DNA of 64,000 bases from an uncultured Planctomycetota bacterium (GTDB taxonomy: Bacteria > Planctomycetota > Planctomycetia > Isosphaerales > Isosphaeraceae), in contig CAWJTV010000025.1 of assembly GCA_963845755.1 (NCBI GenBank), positions 224,001-288,000 of the forward strand, in the 5' to 3' direction. The position numbers and the translations under genes are program-made. This document shows, piece by piece, positions 31,143 to 43,083 of the stretch; the stretch's first letter is position 1, and every line of letters begins with the position of its first letter. A model generated the notes under the pieces. It did not search any database. It was not told where the DNA came from and worked only from the letters and a program-made list of their open reading frames with translations.

Positions 31143-31788
31143 GGATTCTGCCTTTCTACTCACTGCATTGGCCGCAACGACATGGGGTGAAAAGTGGCCG
31201 GTCAATCCGCCTGATGGCGGCATCCGAGAGAATCAATCGAGGGGTCTGAGAGCCAACATCCGCGGTGGCGACTGGGTCCCGGGTCATCACTCGACCCGAA
31301 TGGGCGACCCATCGCGATCCGGCTATTCAACGCAACCTGGTCCATCGGTATGGAACGGAGCCGTGTCGCGATGTCGAGCATTCTGAAGCTTAGAGACGAT
31401 CGATCCCGGTCGAATATTCGCTGACAAGGATCGGTCGGCACCAGATTTCACCAGACGCCCAGCGAGTCGGATCCGAAGGCGGGAAAGGCGTCGGTGCGGG
31501 GTCCGGCAAGGTTCCTGCGTAAAGATTGTGCCCACAGGGACTTCGGCCGTCGCTGCGGCCAGGACGACGGTGGGAGATAACGCCCTGAGGCCGTGACCGG
31601 CCTTGATGCCGGGCGACCCCGATTGTCTCGCTAGCTGGCTCCTTGATCGCGGTTCGGAGACCGTTCAGGCCGGGGGCTCGCAGCGAAGACCGTTCAATGG
31701 ACGGTGGGGAGGCGATGAAAGCGTGAACGACCGTCCCATGATGAATGAGCGGTTGGGGACGTCCCGTCTCGATCGCCAGGGGACCCGC

Positions 31789-31816
31789 TTGACGGGGCAG
31801 GTGAATCTGCTATAAG
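31789..31816 (+). promoter_or_regulatory. Sigma70-type promoter of secA
   Basis: TTGACG-16 nt-TATAAG with TGn extended -10, followed by an AT-rich leader. Confidence 0.6.
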
Positions 31817-31877
31817 ATGGGAATATTAAAAGACTTAGTGTTTCGTTTCTCCTGATTTTCGCGAGGCCGGTGTGGCA

Positions 31878-34800
31878 ATGGAACTGCTGTCAGAGATTTG
31901 GGATAAGACGACCGACGCATTCACGTCGCTCTCGGAAGGGGTCTCGCACGGACTGATCCGACTGTTCGGCAGCTCGAACGAGCGGAAGATCCGGCAGATG
32001 CGGCCGTTGGTCGCTCAGATCAACGAACTCGAGCCGAGCATGACCGCTCTCTCGGAAGAGGAGCTCCGTGCCAGGACCGACGAGCTGCGCCGGCGTCGCG
32101 CGGCAGGGGAGTCGCTCGATGACCTGCTACCGGAGGCGTTCGCGGCGTGTCGCGAGTCGGGGCGGCGTTATCTGAACATGCGCCATTTCGACGTGCAGTT
32201 GATGGGCGGCATGGTGCTGCACGGCGGCAGTATCGCCGAGATGGTCACCGGCGAAGGGAAGACGCTGGTCGCGACCCTGGCCGCGTATCTCAACGCGCTG
32301 GAGGGCCGGGGCGTGCACGTGGTGACCGTCAACGACTACCTGGCGCGTCGCGACGCGGAATGGATGAGCCCGCTGTTCCACGGGCTGGGCATGACCGTCG
32401 GGGCCATCCAATCGGAGATGGACCCCGAGGAGCGGCAGGCGATCTACGCCTGCGACATCACCTACGGTACCAACAATGAGTTCGGCTTCGACTATCTCCG
32501 CGACAACATGAAGCCGATCAAGGAGATGCAGTGCCAGAAAGAGCTGTTCTACGCCATCATTGACGAGGTCGACAGCATCTTGATCGATGAGGCGCGGACG
32601 CCGCTGATCATCTCGGGCCCCGCCTTCGACGACGTACGCAAGTACGCCGAGGCCGATCGGATCGCCCGCGCGCTGAAGCGTGACCTCCACTTCGAGGTCA
32701 AGGAGAAGGAGCGGACCTGCCACCTGACCGACGACGGCGTCCGCGAGGCGGAGCAAATCGCCGGGCTCGAGAGCTTCTACACGCCCGGCAACATGGAGTG
32801 GCCGCACCTCATCGACAACTCATTGAAGGCGCACCATCTCTACAAGCGCGACCGCGACTACGTGGTCCAGCCCAACGGCGAGGTGGTGATCGTCGACGAG
32901 TTCACCGGCCGCCTGATGATCGGCCGCCAGTGGTCCGACGGCCTTCACCAGGCCGTGGAGGCCAAGGAGCGGGTGAAGATCAAGGAGGAGAACCAGACGC
33001 TGGCCACCATCACCCTCCAGAACTTCTTCAAGCTCTACAAGAAGCTGGGGGGGATGACCGGCACGGCGATGACCGAGGCGACCGAGTTCTACAAGGTCTA
33101 CACCCTGGACGTGGTCGCCATCCCCACCAACTGCGCCGCTGGTGCGCGTGAACTACCCCGACGTGATCTTCCGGTACGAGCGGGAGAAGTCGCAGGCGAT
33201 CCTGGACGAGATCAAGGAGGTCAACGCGAGCGGGCGTCCGGTCCTGGTCGGGACGACCTCGATCGAGAAGTCCGAGGAGCTCGCGGACATGCTCAAGATG
33301 TACGGCATCGAGCATCAGGTCCTCAATGCCAAGTATCACGAGCGCGAGGCGGAGATCGTGGCCCAGGCCGGCCGTCGCCGGGCCGTCACGATCGCGACCA
33401 ACATGGCCGGCCGCGGCACCGACATCATCCTCGGGGGCAATCCCGAGTTCATGGCCTGGGCCGACCTGAAGCGGGAGTTCGACGAGGATGGCCGGCCGCG
33501 GTACCAGACCCGGCTCGACGTTTCCAAGGAGGTCTGGGACGGGGCGGTCGGCCGCTACGAGCCCGAGATGAAGGCCGAGGGCCGCGAGGTCGCCGCCGTG
33601 GGCGGCCTGCATATCATCGGCACCGAGCGGCATGAGAGCCGCCGGATCGATAATCAGCTTCGCGGACGGGCCGGACGCCAGGGCGATCCCGGGTCCTCGC
33701 GGTTCTTCCTCTCGCTCGAAGACGACCTCATGCGCAAGTTCGCCGGGGAATGGGTCGCCAACGTGCTGACCCGGCTCGGCATGCAAGAGGGCGAGGCGAT
33801 CGAGAGCCTGATGGTCAGCCGACGGATCGAGGGGGCCCAGAAGAAGGTCGAAGAGCGGAACTTCGACATGCGCAAGAACCTGCTCGAATATGACGAGGTC
33901 ATGGACGAACAGCGCAAGCGCGTCTATTCGTTCCGACAGGGCCTGCTCGAGGGGGCCTCGCCCAAGGAGATGGTCCTGGACATGATCGACGGCCAGATCC
34001 AGGACGCGGCCGGCCGGTTCCTCGCCGAAGATTACGGGGCCGCGACCTTTGCCGAGTGGGCCGGCCAACGCATGGGCGCCGAGATCACCGCCCGCGACTT
34101 GAAAGGTACGACCTTCGAGGATGCCGAGGAGATCGTTCGGGCCAAGGGGGAGCGACAGCTCAACGAGGTGATTCGCCAGGCCATGGAGGAGAATCTCCCC
34201 ACCGACGCCGACCCCTCGGAATGGACCTGGCAGGTGCTGGCCCGCTGGGCCAACGAGCGGTTCGATCTCAATCTCAAGGAGCGGGACCTCAAGAAATACG
34301 GCCAGACCGACGCGGACTCCTTCCGATCCGGCCGGGACGACCTGGAAGAACTGCTGAACGAGAAGGCCGCGGAGTCGCTCCAGAAAATCGACCTCGCGCC
34401 GGCTCGCGAATTCCTGATGCCCGACTGGGGCCGCCGGTCGCTCAGTGGCTGGGTTCATCACAAGTTCGCCATGGCGATCGACCCGGCCGCCTGGGCTGGG
34501 ATCGACCGCGCCGAGATCATCCGCCGCATCCAGGGCGAGGCCCGGCGGCTCTATGCCTTGAAAGAGTCCGAGCTCCCCGTCCGGATCGCCCTGATGCGCT
34601 ACCTCTCCGACCGGGACCACCTCCAGACGCCACGTTACGACCGTGACGGCCTGTCCGATTGGTTCTCCCACCGCTACCCCGTCGTCCTTCCCGCCGACGA
34701 GCTCCGCCCGTTGCTTCGTTCCGAGATCGAGGCCCACCTCATCGGCCTGGCCCATCAGCACTACCAGGGCGCCCGCGTCGCCGATGAGCTCGAGTCCCGA

Positions 34801-35505
34801 CTCGCCGCGGCTGGACTGTCCAGGCCACACGACGACAAGGACGTCCCGCCCCCCGATCCCGCGGCCCTGACCGACCTCGGGGACTGGGCCCGGCAGTCGC
34901 TCAACGTCGACCTCCCCGCCGAGGAATGGACCTCGCTCGCCCCCGCCGAGATCCGCGCGCGGCTCCACGCCGCACTCGACGCCAAGTTCCGCCCCGAGAT
35001 GCGCGAGATGGAGAAGGCGGTCCTGCTCCAGATCCTCGACTCGAGCTGGATGGAACACCTCCGCGCCATGGACCATCTCCGGAGCTCGATCGGCCTCCAG
35101 GGCTATGCCCAGATCGATCCCAAGGTCGAGTACAAGCGCGAAGGCATGCGGATCTTCGCCGAGATGTGGAACGGGATCGGCGACCGGGTCACCGATCTGA
35201 TCTTCCGTGTCGAGCAATTCGACCCCGATTTCCTGGACTACCTGGGATCGCGCTACAACAAACTCGACCGGGCCCAGACGATTCATCAGGAGGCGGAATC
35301 GCAACTGGCGGCGGCGCCCTCGGGGAGCGTCCGTCAGCAGCAAGACGCCGCCATCGCCGGCAGTCAACAGTTGACGGAAAAGAAGAAAGAGCCGGTCCGC
35401 AAGGTTGGAAAAAAGGTCGGCCGGAACGACCCGTGTCCCTGTGGGTCCGGTAAAAAATTCAAAGCGTGCTGCATGCGGAAGCACGCCGATGCCGACCCGT
35501 TCTGA
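31878..35505 (+). CDS. secA: Preprotein translocase ATPase SecA (frameshift near 33135)
   Basis: [75 protein letters not shown] motif [18 protein letters not shown]. Confidence 0.97.
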
Positions 35506-35815
35506 CCGGGTGCGCTCCGGACCGCGCGGTTCGTCGGGATCCTCGGCTCGTGGTATCGACGGCGCCCGGCGGGCCCGGGGGCGAGCCGACGACTCCGGGT
35601 GAACGTCATCTCTCGGCCCGCGTTCGACTTGGGGCGGGCGGCCGATGCCGCCCCCGGCCGGATCCCCGAGGATCCCCGACGGGCCAGTCCGCGTCCTCAT
35701 CTGCCGCGCGAGGGCGGCAGCGTCGCCGGCCTCAGTACCGGCACGCCAATTGCTAGAATCGGGACGATCCCTCCAGCGACAACAGGCGCACAATTCCGGG
35801 AAAGGATTCCCCGAG

Positions 35816-37273
35816 ATGCCGTGGGTTTTGAATGCGATCTATGCCGCGGTCCTGCTCTTCATGGCCCCCATGCTTGTCTATCGAAGGTTGCGGCGTGGGA
35901 AGTATCGCGACGGTTGGGATGAGAAATTGTGGGGCCAGGCCCCGTGGCGGATCGGCGACGATCCTTGCCTCTGGTTCCACGCGGTGAGCGTGGGCGAGGT
36001 CAAGCTGCTGCAACCGCTGGTCGGCGAATTGTCGCGGCGGCGGCCGCACTGGCAGATCGTGATCTCCACCACCACCGCCACGGGACTGGCGATGGCCCGG
36101 CAGACCTTTCCCGACCTCGTGACGTTCTATGCCCCCCTGGACTTCAGTTGGTCCACGCGCGCGGCCATGGAGCGGGTCCGACCCTCGGTCTTCGCGCTGG
36201 TGGAGCTGGAGCTCTGGCCCAACCTGATCCGAGCGGCGAAGGGGACCGGCGCACGGGTGGCGATCATCAACGCCCGGCTGAGCGCACGGAGTCATCGAGG
36301 CTACCGCCTGCTGCGCCTGCCGCTCCGATCGACCTTGCGCCGGCTCGATGCCGTGGCCGCACAGAATGCCGAGTACGCGATGCGATTCGTCGACCTGGGT
36401 ATCCCGGCGAATCGCGTCAGCGTGACAGGCTCGGTGAAGTTTGACGGCCTCGAGGGCGACCGAAACAATGCGAGGACCCGCGACTTGCGGAGGCTGCTGG
36501 GCCTGTCCTCCACCGAGCTGATCTTTGTGGCCGGCAGCACGATGGAAGGGGAAGAAGCGGCGGCCCTGGCGGCGTATCACGCCGCGCGGCGCCGGCATCC
36601 GGGGTTGCGTTTGATCGTGGCTCCCCGTCATCCCGAACGGTTCGAGGAGGTGGCGCGACGGCTGGAACAGCAGGGTGATCCGGTGCTTCGGCGCAGCCGG
36701 CTCGAGGGTCCCGCGGAACGAAGGGCCGATGGCCGGCCTGCCGTCATCCTGATCGATACTCTGGGCGAACTGGCCGCGGTGTGGGGACTGGCGGATGTGG
36801 CCTTCGTGGGCGGGAGCCTCCGGCCCGGGCGCAACGGCCAGAACATGATGGAGCCGGCCGCCTACGGGGCCGCGGTCATGTTTGGCCGCTATACGTCCAA
36901 CTTCCGCGAAACGGTCGAAGAACTGCTCCGACGCCGGGCGGCGCGGCAAGTCGCCGACGCCGAAGAGTTGACCCGCGTGCTCCTCGAGGACCTCGACGAC
37001 CGCGAGGCCGCCGCGGCACGCGGCGCCGCCGCTCGCCAATTCGTCCTGACCAAGAACGGCGCCGTGGGCCGAACCCTGGCCGAGCTCGACCGGCTCGTCG
37101 AATCGTCGCCCGACGTTCGCCGCTTGACCACTGCCTTGCCTTTTCCCCGGCAACTCGCTGAAATAGGATCTTCCCGGCTCTCGGGCCAGGAGCGGCTTGA
37201 AACGATTGAAACGATCCAAACTCCCGTGCTACCGAGTGCCGCACCGTTATCGAAATCGGGGAAAATGAGATGA
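35816..37273 (+). CDS. waaA: 3-deoxy-D-manno-octulosonic acid (Kdo) transferase
   Basis: WFHAVSVGEV, ELELWPN, INARLS, GSVKFD, APRHPERF, DTLGEL, FVGGSL, EPAAYG. Confidence 0.93.
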   Translation: MPWVLNAIYAAVLLFMAPMLVYRRLRRGKYRDGWDEKLWGQAPWRIGDDPCLWFHAVSVGEVKLLQPLVGELSRRRPHWQIVISTTTATGLAMARQTFPDLVTFYAPLDFSWSTRAAMERVRPSVFALVELELWPNLIRAAKGTGARVAIINARLSARSHRGYRLLRLPLRSTLRRLDAVAAQNAEYAMRFVDLGIPANRVSVTGSVKFDGLEGDRNNARTRDLRRLLGLSSTELIFVAGSTMEGEEAAALAAYHAARRRHPGLRLIVAPRHPERFEEVARRLEQQGDPVLRRSRLEGPAERRADGRPAVILIDTLGELAAVWGLADVAFVGGSLRPGRNGQNMMEPAAYGAAVMFGRYTSNFRETVEELLRRRAARQVADAEELTRVLLEDLDDREAAAARGAAARQFVLTKNGAVGRTLAELDRLVESSPDVRRLTTALPFPRQLAEIGSSRLSGQERLETIETIQTPVLPSAAPLSKSGKMR

Positions 37274-37656
37274 ACGAGAGAGAAGAAGGACAACCTACCT
37301 TGAACCCCCAGCAGAGTCCGCAAGCTCCGGCCACCGAAGTCGTCGTCAACGATTCCAACACGCTACCGTCCTATTCCAATTTCTGCCGGGTCACGGCAAC
37401 TCCCGAGGAAGTCATCCTCGACTTCGGCCTTAATCCTCAACCCTTCGCAACAGGCCGCCAGGACGTCAAAGCCAATCAGCGGATCGTCATGAACTTCTAC
37501 ACGGCCAAGCGCCTACTGACGGCCCTGAGCATGACCATCCAGCGCCATGAAGGGACCTTCGGTGCCATCGAGCTCGACGTCCGACGGCGCGCCACCGGGG
37601 CTGCCCAGACTTACCCGCAGCCCGGCCGGGTCGGTCCGCAGGGGATCGTCGAATAA
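37270..37656 (+). CDS. DUF3467-like small protein
   Basis: YSNFCRVTATPEEVILDFG..RIVMN..TAKRL..AL..HE..FG.IE. Confidence 0.8.
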   Translation: MNEREEGQPTLNPQQSPQAPATEVVVNDSNTLPSYSNFCRVTATPEEVILDFGLNPQPFATGRQDVKANQRIVMNFYTAKRLLTALSMTIQRHEGTFGAIELDVRRRATGAAQTYPQPGRVGPQGIVE

Positions 37657-38298
37657 GGAAGGACGGCCATTTTCGACGGGTCTCGAGCCAAACGGCGTCG
37701 TAGGCCACCCCAAGAATCGGTGCAAGCGTCTCGGGCCCGACGTCCATCCGCTCGTCGAGTCCGACCGCCTGCAGCCGAATCCAATTCCTCCTCTCACCAC
37801 TCCTGCCCCCGAGTCTCCCGCCGCACCCTTCCTGCCTCATCCCTCGTTCTGCTCAGGGTCGCCGCCGGCTTGCCCATCCCGGAACCGGGCGCCCGTGAAA
37901 TCGCCGTAAGTTTGGAGCAATCAAGGACTTGATTTGCTCGTTCCCGCGTGCGGTGCGTGGGCGAGGATCTCGCAAGTCGCGTCCTCGCTCGAAGTTAACG
38001 CGTTTTCCATGGTTCGTGAGGAGGAACCTGGGAAGGGACTTCGGCCTGCGGAAGGGCGGCAAATGACCGTGTTGACGATTTTCCGGACTTGAATGCGCCT
38101 TTGGCTGATCGTCGGTGCGGGTTTTATCCGATTTTCAGGGTGTGACGTACTGCTCCGCGCACGCGGATCTCGTCGATAGGAGCGGTCCCGTCGAGGGTTT
38201 CGACTCATCTTGGTGCGCCGGTGGCGCCGATATTGTGAATAGCCGGGCATCTCGGCCTCGGTCCAGGACGGACGAGTCTAGCGTTAGGAGATAATGGA

Positions 38299-41200
38299 AT
38301 GTCTCAGCCATCCCGAACCCGGGCGCGCGGCCCAGCAGAGCGTCGTCGTCGTGATCTGAAGATCGAGCCGCCGACCCCCTTGGAGGACCGTCGCCTGCCT
38401 GCGCCGGTCGTCTCCTTGTTTCCCCTGGGGGTGTCGTTCGTACCCGCACCGACACCGACGAACGCGGACCTGGGCACCGTGGTGGTGACGGAGAACACCG
38501 CGGCGACGATCGCCGACTCGCAAGCACCGATCACGTCGGTGTCTGAGCTGACATCGAACGCTTCGTTCGGTAACGACATCGTCAACATCCAGCCGGGCCC
38601 GGGGGGCGTCTTCGGGGAAGACGTCTACGCGATCTCCCGAGGCGCCGGCGGCAACCCCGACGCGATCAACCGTCCGGGCGTGATCTATCGCGTTGATCCG
38701 GCCACCGGCAAGGCGAGCGTCTTCTTCGATCTCAACACGGTCCTCAGCCAGATCGACCCGACCAATAGCACGCCCGCGACCCCGGCGGCCAACTCGCTGG
38801 GCAACTCGACGGGGCTGGTGAACTGGTACAGTATGAGCTTCGACCCCGAGGGGAACTTCGACGGCACTCCGTCCTTGTTCGTCAGCAGCGTCAACCGCTC
38901 CGATCCGAACAAGAACATCATCTTCCAGATCGCCCCCAACGGCACGCTGATCGGCGTCTTCGTCCAGATGACCGACGGGCTCTCGGCCCAGAAGTTCAAC
39001 CTGAACCCCACGGCGATCCTGATCCCGCCGGTGCAGCAGCAGCAGTTCCTCAGCGGGATGATCGCCGGTAGCGGGATCAGCACGACGTCGGGCACGTTCG
39101 CGGCGCTCTACTTCAACCAGAACAGCTACTCTCCGGGCCAGGTCATCAGCAATTCCGTCCTGCCGACGGGCGTAAGCCAGACCAACCTGGGCCTGCCGGT
39201 GATCACCCAGGTGCTCACGAATTTCAATTCGGTCACGACGACCTCGGTCGCCACCGGACCGATCGTCGGCCTGACCTCGTCGAACAGCTACTATGGCAAC
39301 CAGACATTCTCGATCTTCACGGACTTCGGGACGTCGGCGGCCCCCGGGATCCCGGCCGCGCCGGGCTATAGCGGCGTCCAGGGGAGCGACGGCGAGCTGT
39401 TGATCGGTAATGCCACGACCCTCGCACTCAGCGCGACCGGGGACACCGACATCCAGCCCGCCGCGTCAACGTTGTTCCGGCGATTCTACGGCATCGCTTT
39501 CGACCAGTACGGCTACTTCTCCCAGGGTATGGCGATCGGGGCCAGCAGCACCGTGGGCAGCGGTACGAGCACAACGTTGACCGTCACCGATCCCCCGAGT
39601 TATGCCGGCAGCGTGTTCGTCAGCGACCTGTCGTCCGGGCTGTATATCAGCATCACGCCCCAGGCTCCGTTGCCCACCACGTCCATCCTGATCCCCGTCG
39701 AGGGGACGGGAGTCGTGAGCGTCACCTCGGATTCGAATGGAAACGTGATCCCGATCATCAGCTATGTCCCGAACCCGGACGGGTCGGTTGGCTTCGGCGG
39801 CCGTGTCGTCCGGATCACGCCGGCGGGCCTGGTGAACGAGTTCGCCTATGGGTTCAACGTGTCGCCGGACACGGGGTCCGACAGTTTCATCGATTCCACC
39901 CTGAGCATCGGGTTCTCGGGGGATGGGACGATCTTCTACGCCGCCGACAATACCGGGATCTGGCAGTTCAAGACGACCGCCGACCTGGCCGACTCGACCA
40001 GCGGAAGTCTGATCGGCCTGAACGACCTCCGCGCCCTGGGCGTCCCGTACGACGGCGAGAACAGCGCCGTGGCGGTGGTGGACACCGGCGTGGACGCCAG
40101 TGCGCCCTCGTTCCGCGGCCGGGTTGCCACCGGCACAAATATCATCACGGGCGGTGTCGGCAACCAGGATCTGGCCCCCGCCAGCACCGCGAGTACGACG
40201 ACGGGGGGGACCGGCGGAGGCGGCGGCGGCGGGGGAGTCGGCGGTCGCGGCGGTGGCGGTGGGGGTGGAGGTGGCGGTGGGGGCGGCGGCGGTGGGGGTG
40301 CCGGCGGCGGCGGTGGTGCGGGCCTAGGCATCACTGCAGGCGCCAGTGCCACTCAACGCGGCGGTGTTTCCGCGGGCGATCCCACGTTCCTCAACCAAAC
40401 CCCGGCCGGACACGGCACGCCGGTCGCGGGTGTCATCGCCCAGTTCGTCCCTCAAGCCACGATCGACCCCATCGATATCTTCAGCCCATTCTCCCCGTCC
40501 GCGAGCTTGATATCCAGCTCGACCACGGCGGGCGGCACCGGCGGCACCGGCGGCGGTGGTGGCGGCACCGGGACCGGGGGCGCGCTGAGCGAAACGACCA
40601 ACGACGATGGGGCCACATCCCAGACGCTCTACAACGGGCTTCAGTACCTGGTCGCGCACCCGTACGTCAACGATCCGCTCCGAGCGGGGCAAGTGGATCG
40701 CATCATCGCGGCCGTATACGCCTTCGGAACTTCCAATACGTTCGCCACCGAGGCGGGTGCATACAAGCAGTTCCCGCAAGTCGTCATCGCCCTGAAGAAT
40801 GAGTACCATAAGCTGCGCAAGGAGGGAATCGCCAACATCGCGGCGACCGGTCAGTTCGGCGCACCCCTGGGGGCATCGACCTCGTCTTCGACCACCACCA
40901 CCGGGACGGGCAGCTCGGGCGTCAATCTCGAGGCGAACAACAACGCCCAGAACGGGAGTGTGGGCGACAACGGCGGCATCTCGCTTCCCGCCATCATCAA
41001 CGAGGTGGTCTCCGTCACCGGCGTGTACTCCTTCCCCTTCACGGACACGCCTGGGACCTCGCCCATCGATACGCCGACCGGGGTCATTACCACGGGCGGC
41101 GCCTCCGAACCGGGCCCCGTCCTCCTCTTCGGATCGGACGCGACGATCGGCGGGACCGCAACGATCGGGTCCAGCAGCAGTGGGACAACCGGCGGCACCA

Positions 41201-43083
41201 CAGCGACCGGATTCAACGAGAACGCCCAGTTGCTCGCGGGGGCGGATTTCGCGATCTGGGCCGACCGCGTCCCCGGTGCCGCCAATCGCAATCCGACGAC
41301 GGACTTCGCCGCGCCGGCATTCAACGTGCCGACGTTCGCACGGAACGTCCAGATCGTGACCTCGAGCACCACGACCACGGGTACGGGCACCAACGGCACC
41401 AGCCCCTCCGGGATCATCAACCCCCTGACATTCACCCAGGTTGGCACTTCGATGTCCTCGGCGATCGTCACGGGTTCCTACGCCCTGGTGTCCTCCGCCC
41501 TCGACTACTGGATCGCGCTGGCCCAGTCCAATGGCTACACGGCCGACGCCTATCTGAACACGCCGGTCGGGACGGACTCCTTGAACTTCGGCAAGCACGC
41601 CTTCAAGAACCTCACCGCCTGGAACACCCCCGACGGTATCAACGGCATCCTCGCCTGGACCTCCGTGCCGGCCACCGACGTCAACGACGGGAATACCGCC
41701 TCCACGCCGTCCCAACTGCCCGATAGCACCGCATTCCCGTCCTACGCACGGATCTCCGTGGGCAACGCCATCGCCTCGGTCGAAGGTTATGTCGCCATCA
41801 ACTACCTGGAGAAGCATCATGACTTCCCGCTCATCGACACCAACCACGATGGCCTGATCACGGCCCAGGAGCTCACGAACTTCGTCAATGACGCCAACGC
41901 CATGGGCCTGCCCGAGGCGGGTGCCATGGCGAACCTCCTCGGCGGAACGGCGACCTACGGACCGGTCGAGGCGGGCGTCAACAACGAGATCTTCAACGAG
42001 AATCCCGACCAGCCGGCCGCCGAGCAGCGCCGGTTCAATTACTTCGATTTCGCGGCCGACGGCCAGCTCAACGGCTCGATCTCGACCCGAGAGCTTAAGA
42101 TGCTGGGCCGCACCCTGTTGCCGTCCCCCGACGCCTACACCATCGTCGATCGGCAACGCGCCTCGGCCAACGGCTTCTTGCTGGCGCCGGATACACCGCG
42201 CAACCTCGTCGCCTTGCAGCATCTCGCGCCCAAATTCCTGTGGGTTCCCAAGTCGGCGGTCGCCAAGTACCGCAACATCTCGCCCGCCCAGTTCAAGGTC
42301 GGTGCCGGCGAGTACCCGGGTCTCTACCTCCCGTTATTGACCCTGTTCGATTCTCCGCCGAACGCTTCCTCGGGTGGGACCCCCTCGACCCAGGATCAAG
42401 TCATCTCGATGACCAGGTCCGCAGTCGTCTCGGGTAAGAAGGTCACAGTCGACTACTTCGCGACCGTGACGCCAACCAGTACTCCCACCAGCACGACCAC
42501 GACGACGACACCGACACCGACCAGCTCGACACCGACACCGACACCGACCAGCCCCACGTCCACAAGCGCGGCTTCGACGGGCGTCACCGGCACGACAACG
42601 CAGGCAACGCCGACCTCCACATCGACGCAGGCGACCCTGGCCGAGACGATACTCGGCATCAACGATAGCAGTTCGTCGAGTACGTCGGGCTCCTCGGGCG
42701 GGACCAACTCGATCACCTCCTCGACCTCCCTGAACCCGACAGGGCTCACGATCTCCCAGTTATCCGTGGGACCCCTCTCGACCGCGGGGACCCTCAGCCC
42801 ATCTCCGACACCGACGCCCACACCGACACCGACGCCCACACCGACGCCCACACCGACGCCCACACCGACGCCCACACCGACGCCGAGCAGCACGGTCGCT
42901 CAGGTGCCGCTCGCGTACTCCTCGACGATTGCCACGGCCACGGCTACGGCCGCGGCGCAGGCCCAGGTCCCCTCCCACGCCGAGAAGCGCGTGTTGGTAA
43001 GGAAGGCGGCGGTGAAACCGAAAAAGAAGGCTACGAACGTGTTCGACCAGATGTGGAATAGCATCAAGAAGTCGTTCTCGTGA
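38299..43083 (+). CDS. Large secreted S8 (subtilase)-like protein with Gly/Thr-rich inserts, EF-hand-like motif and Pro-Thr repeats
   Basis: Planctomycete-type leader RRRRDLKIE..LEDRRLP; triad motifs VAVVDTG, HGTPVAG, GTSMSS; DTNHDGLITAQE; (PT)n tail. Confidence 0.8.
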   Translation: MSQPSRTRARGPAERRRRDLKIEPPTPLEDRRLPAPVVSLFPLGVSFVPAPTPTNADLGTVVVTENTAATIADSQAPITSVSELTSNASFGNDIVNIQPGPGGVFGEDVYAISRGAGGNPDAINRPGVIYRVDPATGKASVFFDLNTVLSQIDPTNSTPATPAANSLGNSTGLVNWYSMSFDPEGNFDGTPSLFVSSVNRSDPNKNIIFQIAPNGTLIGVFVQMTDGLSAQKFNLNPTAILIPPVQQQQFLSGMIAGSGISTTSGTFAALYFNQNSYSPGQVISNSVLPTGVSQTNLGLPVITQVLTNFNSVTTTSVATGPIVGLTSSNSYYGNQTFSIFTDFGTSAAPGIPAAPGYSGVQGSDGELLIGNATTLALSATGDTDIQPAASTLFRRFYGIAFDQYGYFSQGMAIGASSTVGSGTSTTLTVTDPPSYAGSVFVSDLSSGLYISITPQAPLPTTSILIPVEGTGVVSVTSDSNGNVIPIISYVPNPDGSVGFGGRVVRITPAGLVNEFAYGFNVSPDTGSDSFIDSTLSIGFSGDGTIFYAADNTGIWQFKTTADLADSTSGSLIGLNDLRALGVPYDGENSAVAVVDTGVDASAPSFRGRVATGTNIITGGVGNQDLAPASTASTTTGGTGGGGGGGGVGGRGGGGGGGGGGGGGGGGGAGGGGGAGLGITAGASATQRGGVSAGDPTFLNQTPAGHGTPVAGVIAQFVPQATIDPIDIFSPFSPSASLISSSTTAGGTGGTGGGGGGTGTGGALSETTNDDGATSQTLYNGLQYLVAHPYVNDPLRAGQVDRIIAAVYAFGTSNTFATEAGAYKQFPQVVIALKNEYHKLRKEGIANIAATGQFGAPLGASTSSSTTTTGTGSSGVNLEANNNAQNGSVGDNGGISLPAIINEVVSVTGVYSFPFTDTPGTSPIDTPTGVITTGGASEPGPVLLFGSDATIGGTATIGSSSSGTTGGTTATGFNENAQLLAGADFAIWADRVPGAANRNPTTDFAAPAFNVPTFARNVQIVTSSTTTTGTGTNGTSPSGIINPLTFTQVGTSMSSAIVTGSYALVSSALDYWIALAQSNGYTADAYLNTPVGTDSLNFGKHAFKNLTAWNTPDGINGILAWTSVPATDVNDGNTASTPSQLPDSTAFPSYARISVGNAIASVEGYVAINYLEKHHDFPLIDTNHDGLITAQELTNFVNDANAMGLPEAGAMANLLGGTATYGPVEAGVNNEIFNENPDQPAAEQRRFNYFDFAADGQLNGSISTRELKMLGRTLLPSPDAYTIVDRQRASANGFLLAPDTPRNLVALQHLAPKFLWVPKSAVAKYRNISPAQFKVGAGEYPGLYLPLLTLFDSPPNASSGGTPSTQDQVISMTRSAVVSGKKVTVDYFATVTPTSTPTSTTTTTTPTPTSSTPTPTPTSPTSTSAASTGVTGTTTQATPTSTSTQATLAETILGINDSSSSSTSGSSGGTNSITSSTSLNPTGLTISQLSVGPLSTAGTLSPSPTPTPTPTPTPTPTPTPTPTPTPTPTPSSTVAQVPLAYSSTIATATATAAAQAQVPSHAEKRVLVRKAAVKPKKKATNVFDQMWNSIKKSFS

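Noticed and set aside
31143..31870. A fourth PLRC ORF, or a SecM-like leader upstream of secA
   Set aside because: I found no ORF with the PLRC tail, a signal peptide or a recognisable arrest motif on either strand
33120..33150. Programmed frameshift or pseudogenisation of secA
   Set aside because: No slippery sequence; an essential gene; same pattern as many other indels, so probably a sequencing error
33028..35793. 921 aa minus-strand ORF and similar long antisense ORFs
   Set aside because: They lie opposite well-supported genes and are expected from high-GC codon bias
37657..38298. tRNA, riboswitch or ncRNA in the long intergenic region
   Set aside because: No recognisable consensus by eye; an Rfam scan would be needed
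42805..42885. CCGACG/CCCACA hexamer array as a non-coding repeat
   Set aside because: It encodes the Pro-Thr linker of the subtilase-like protein
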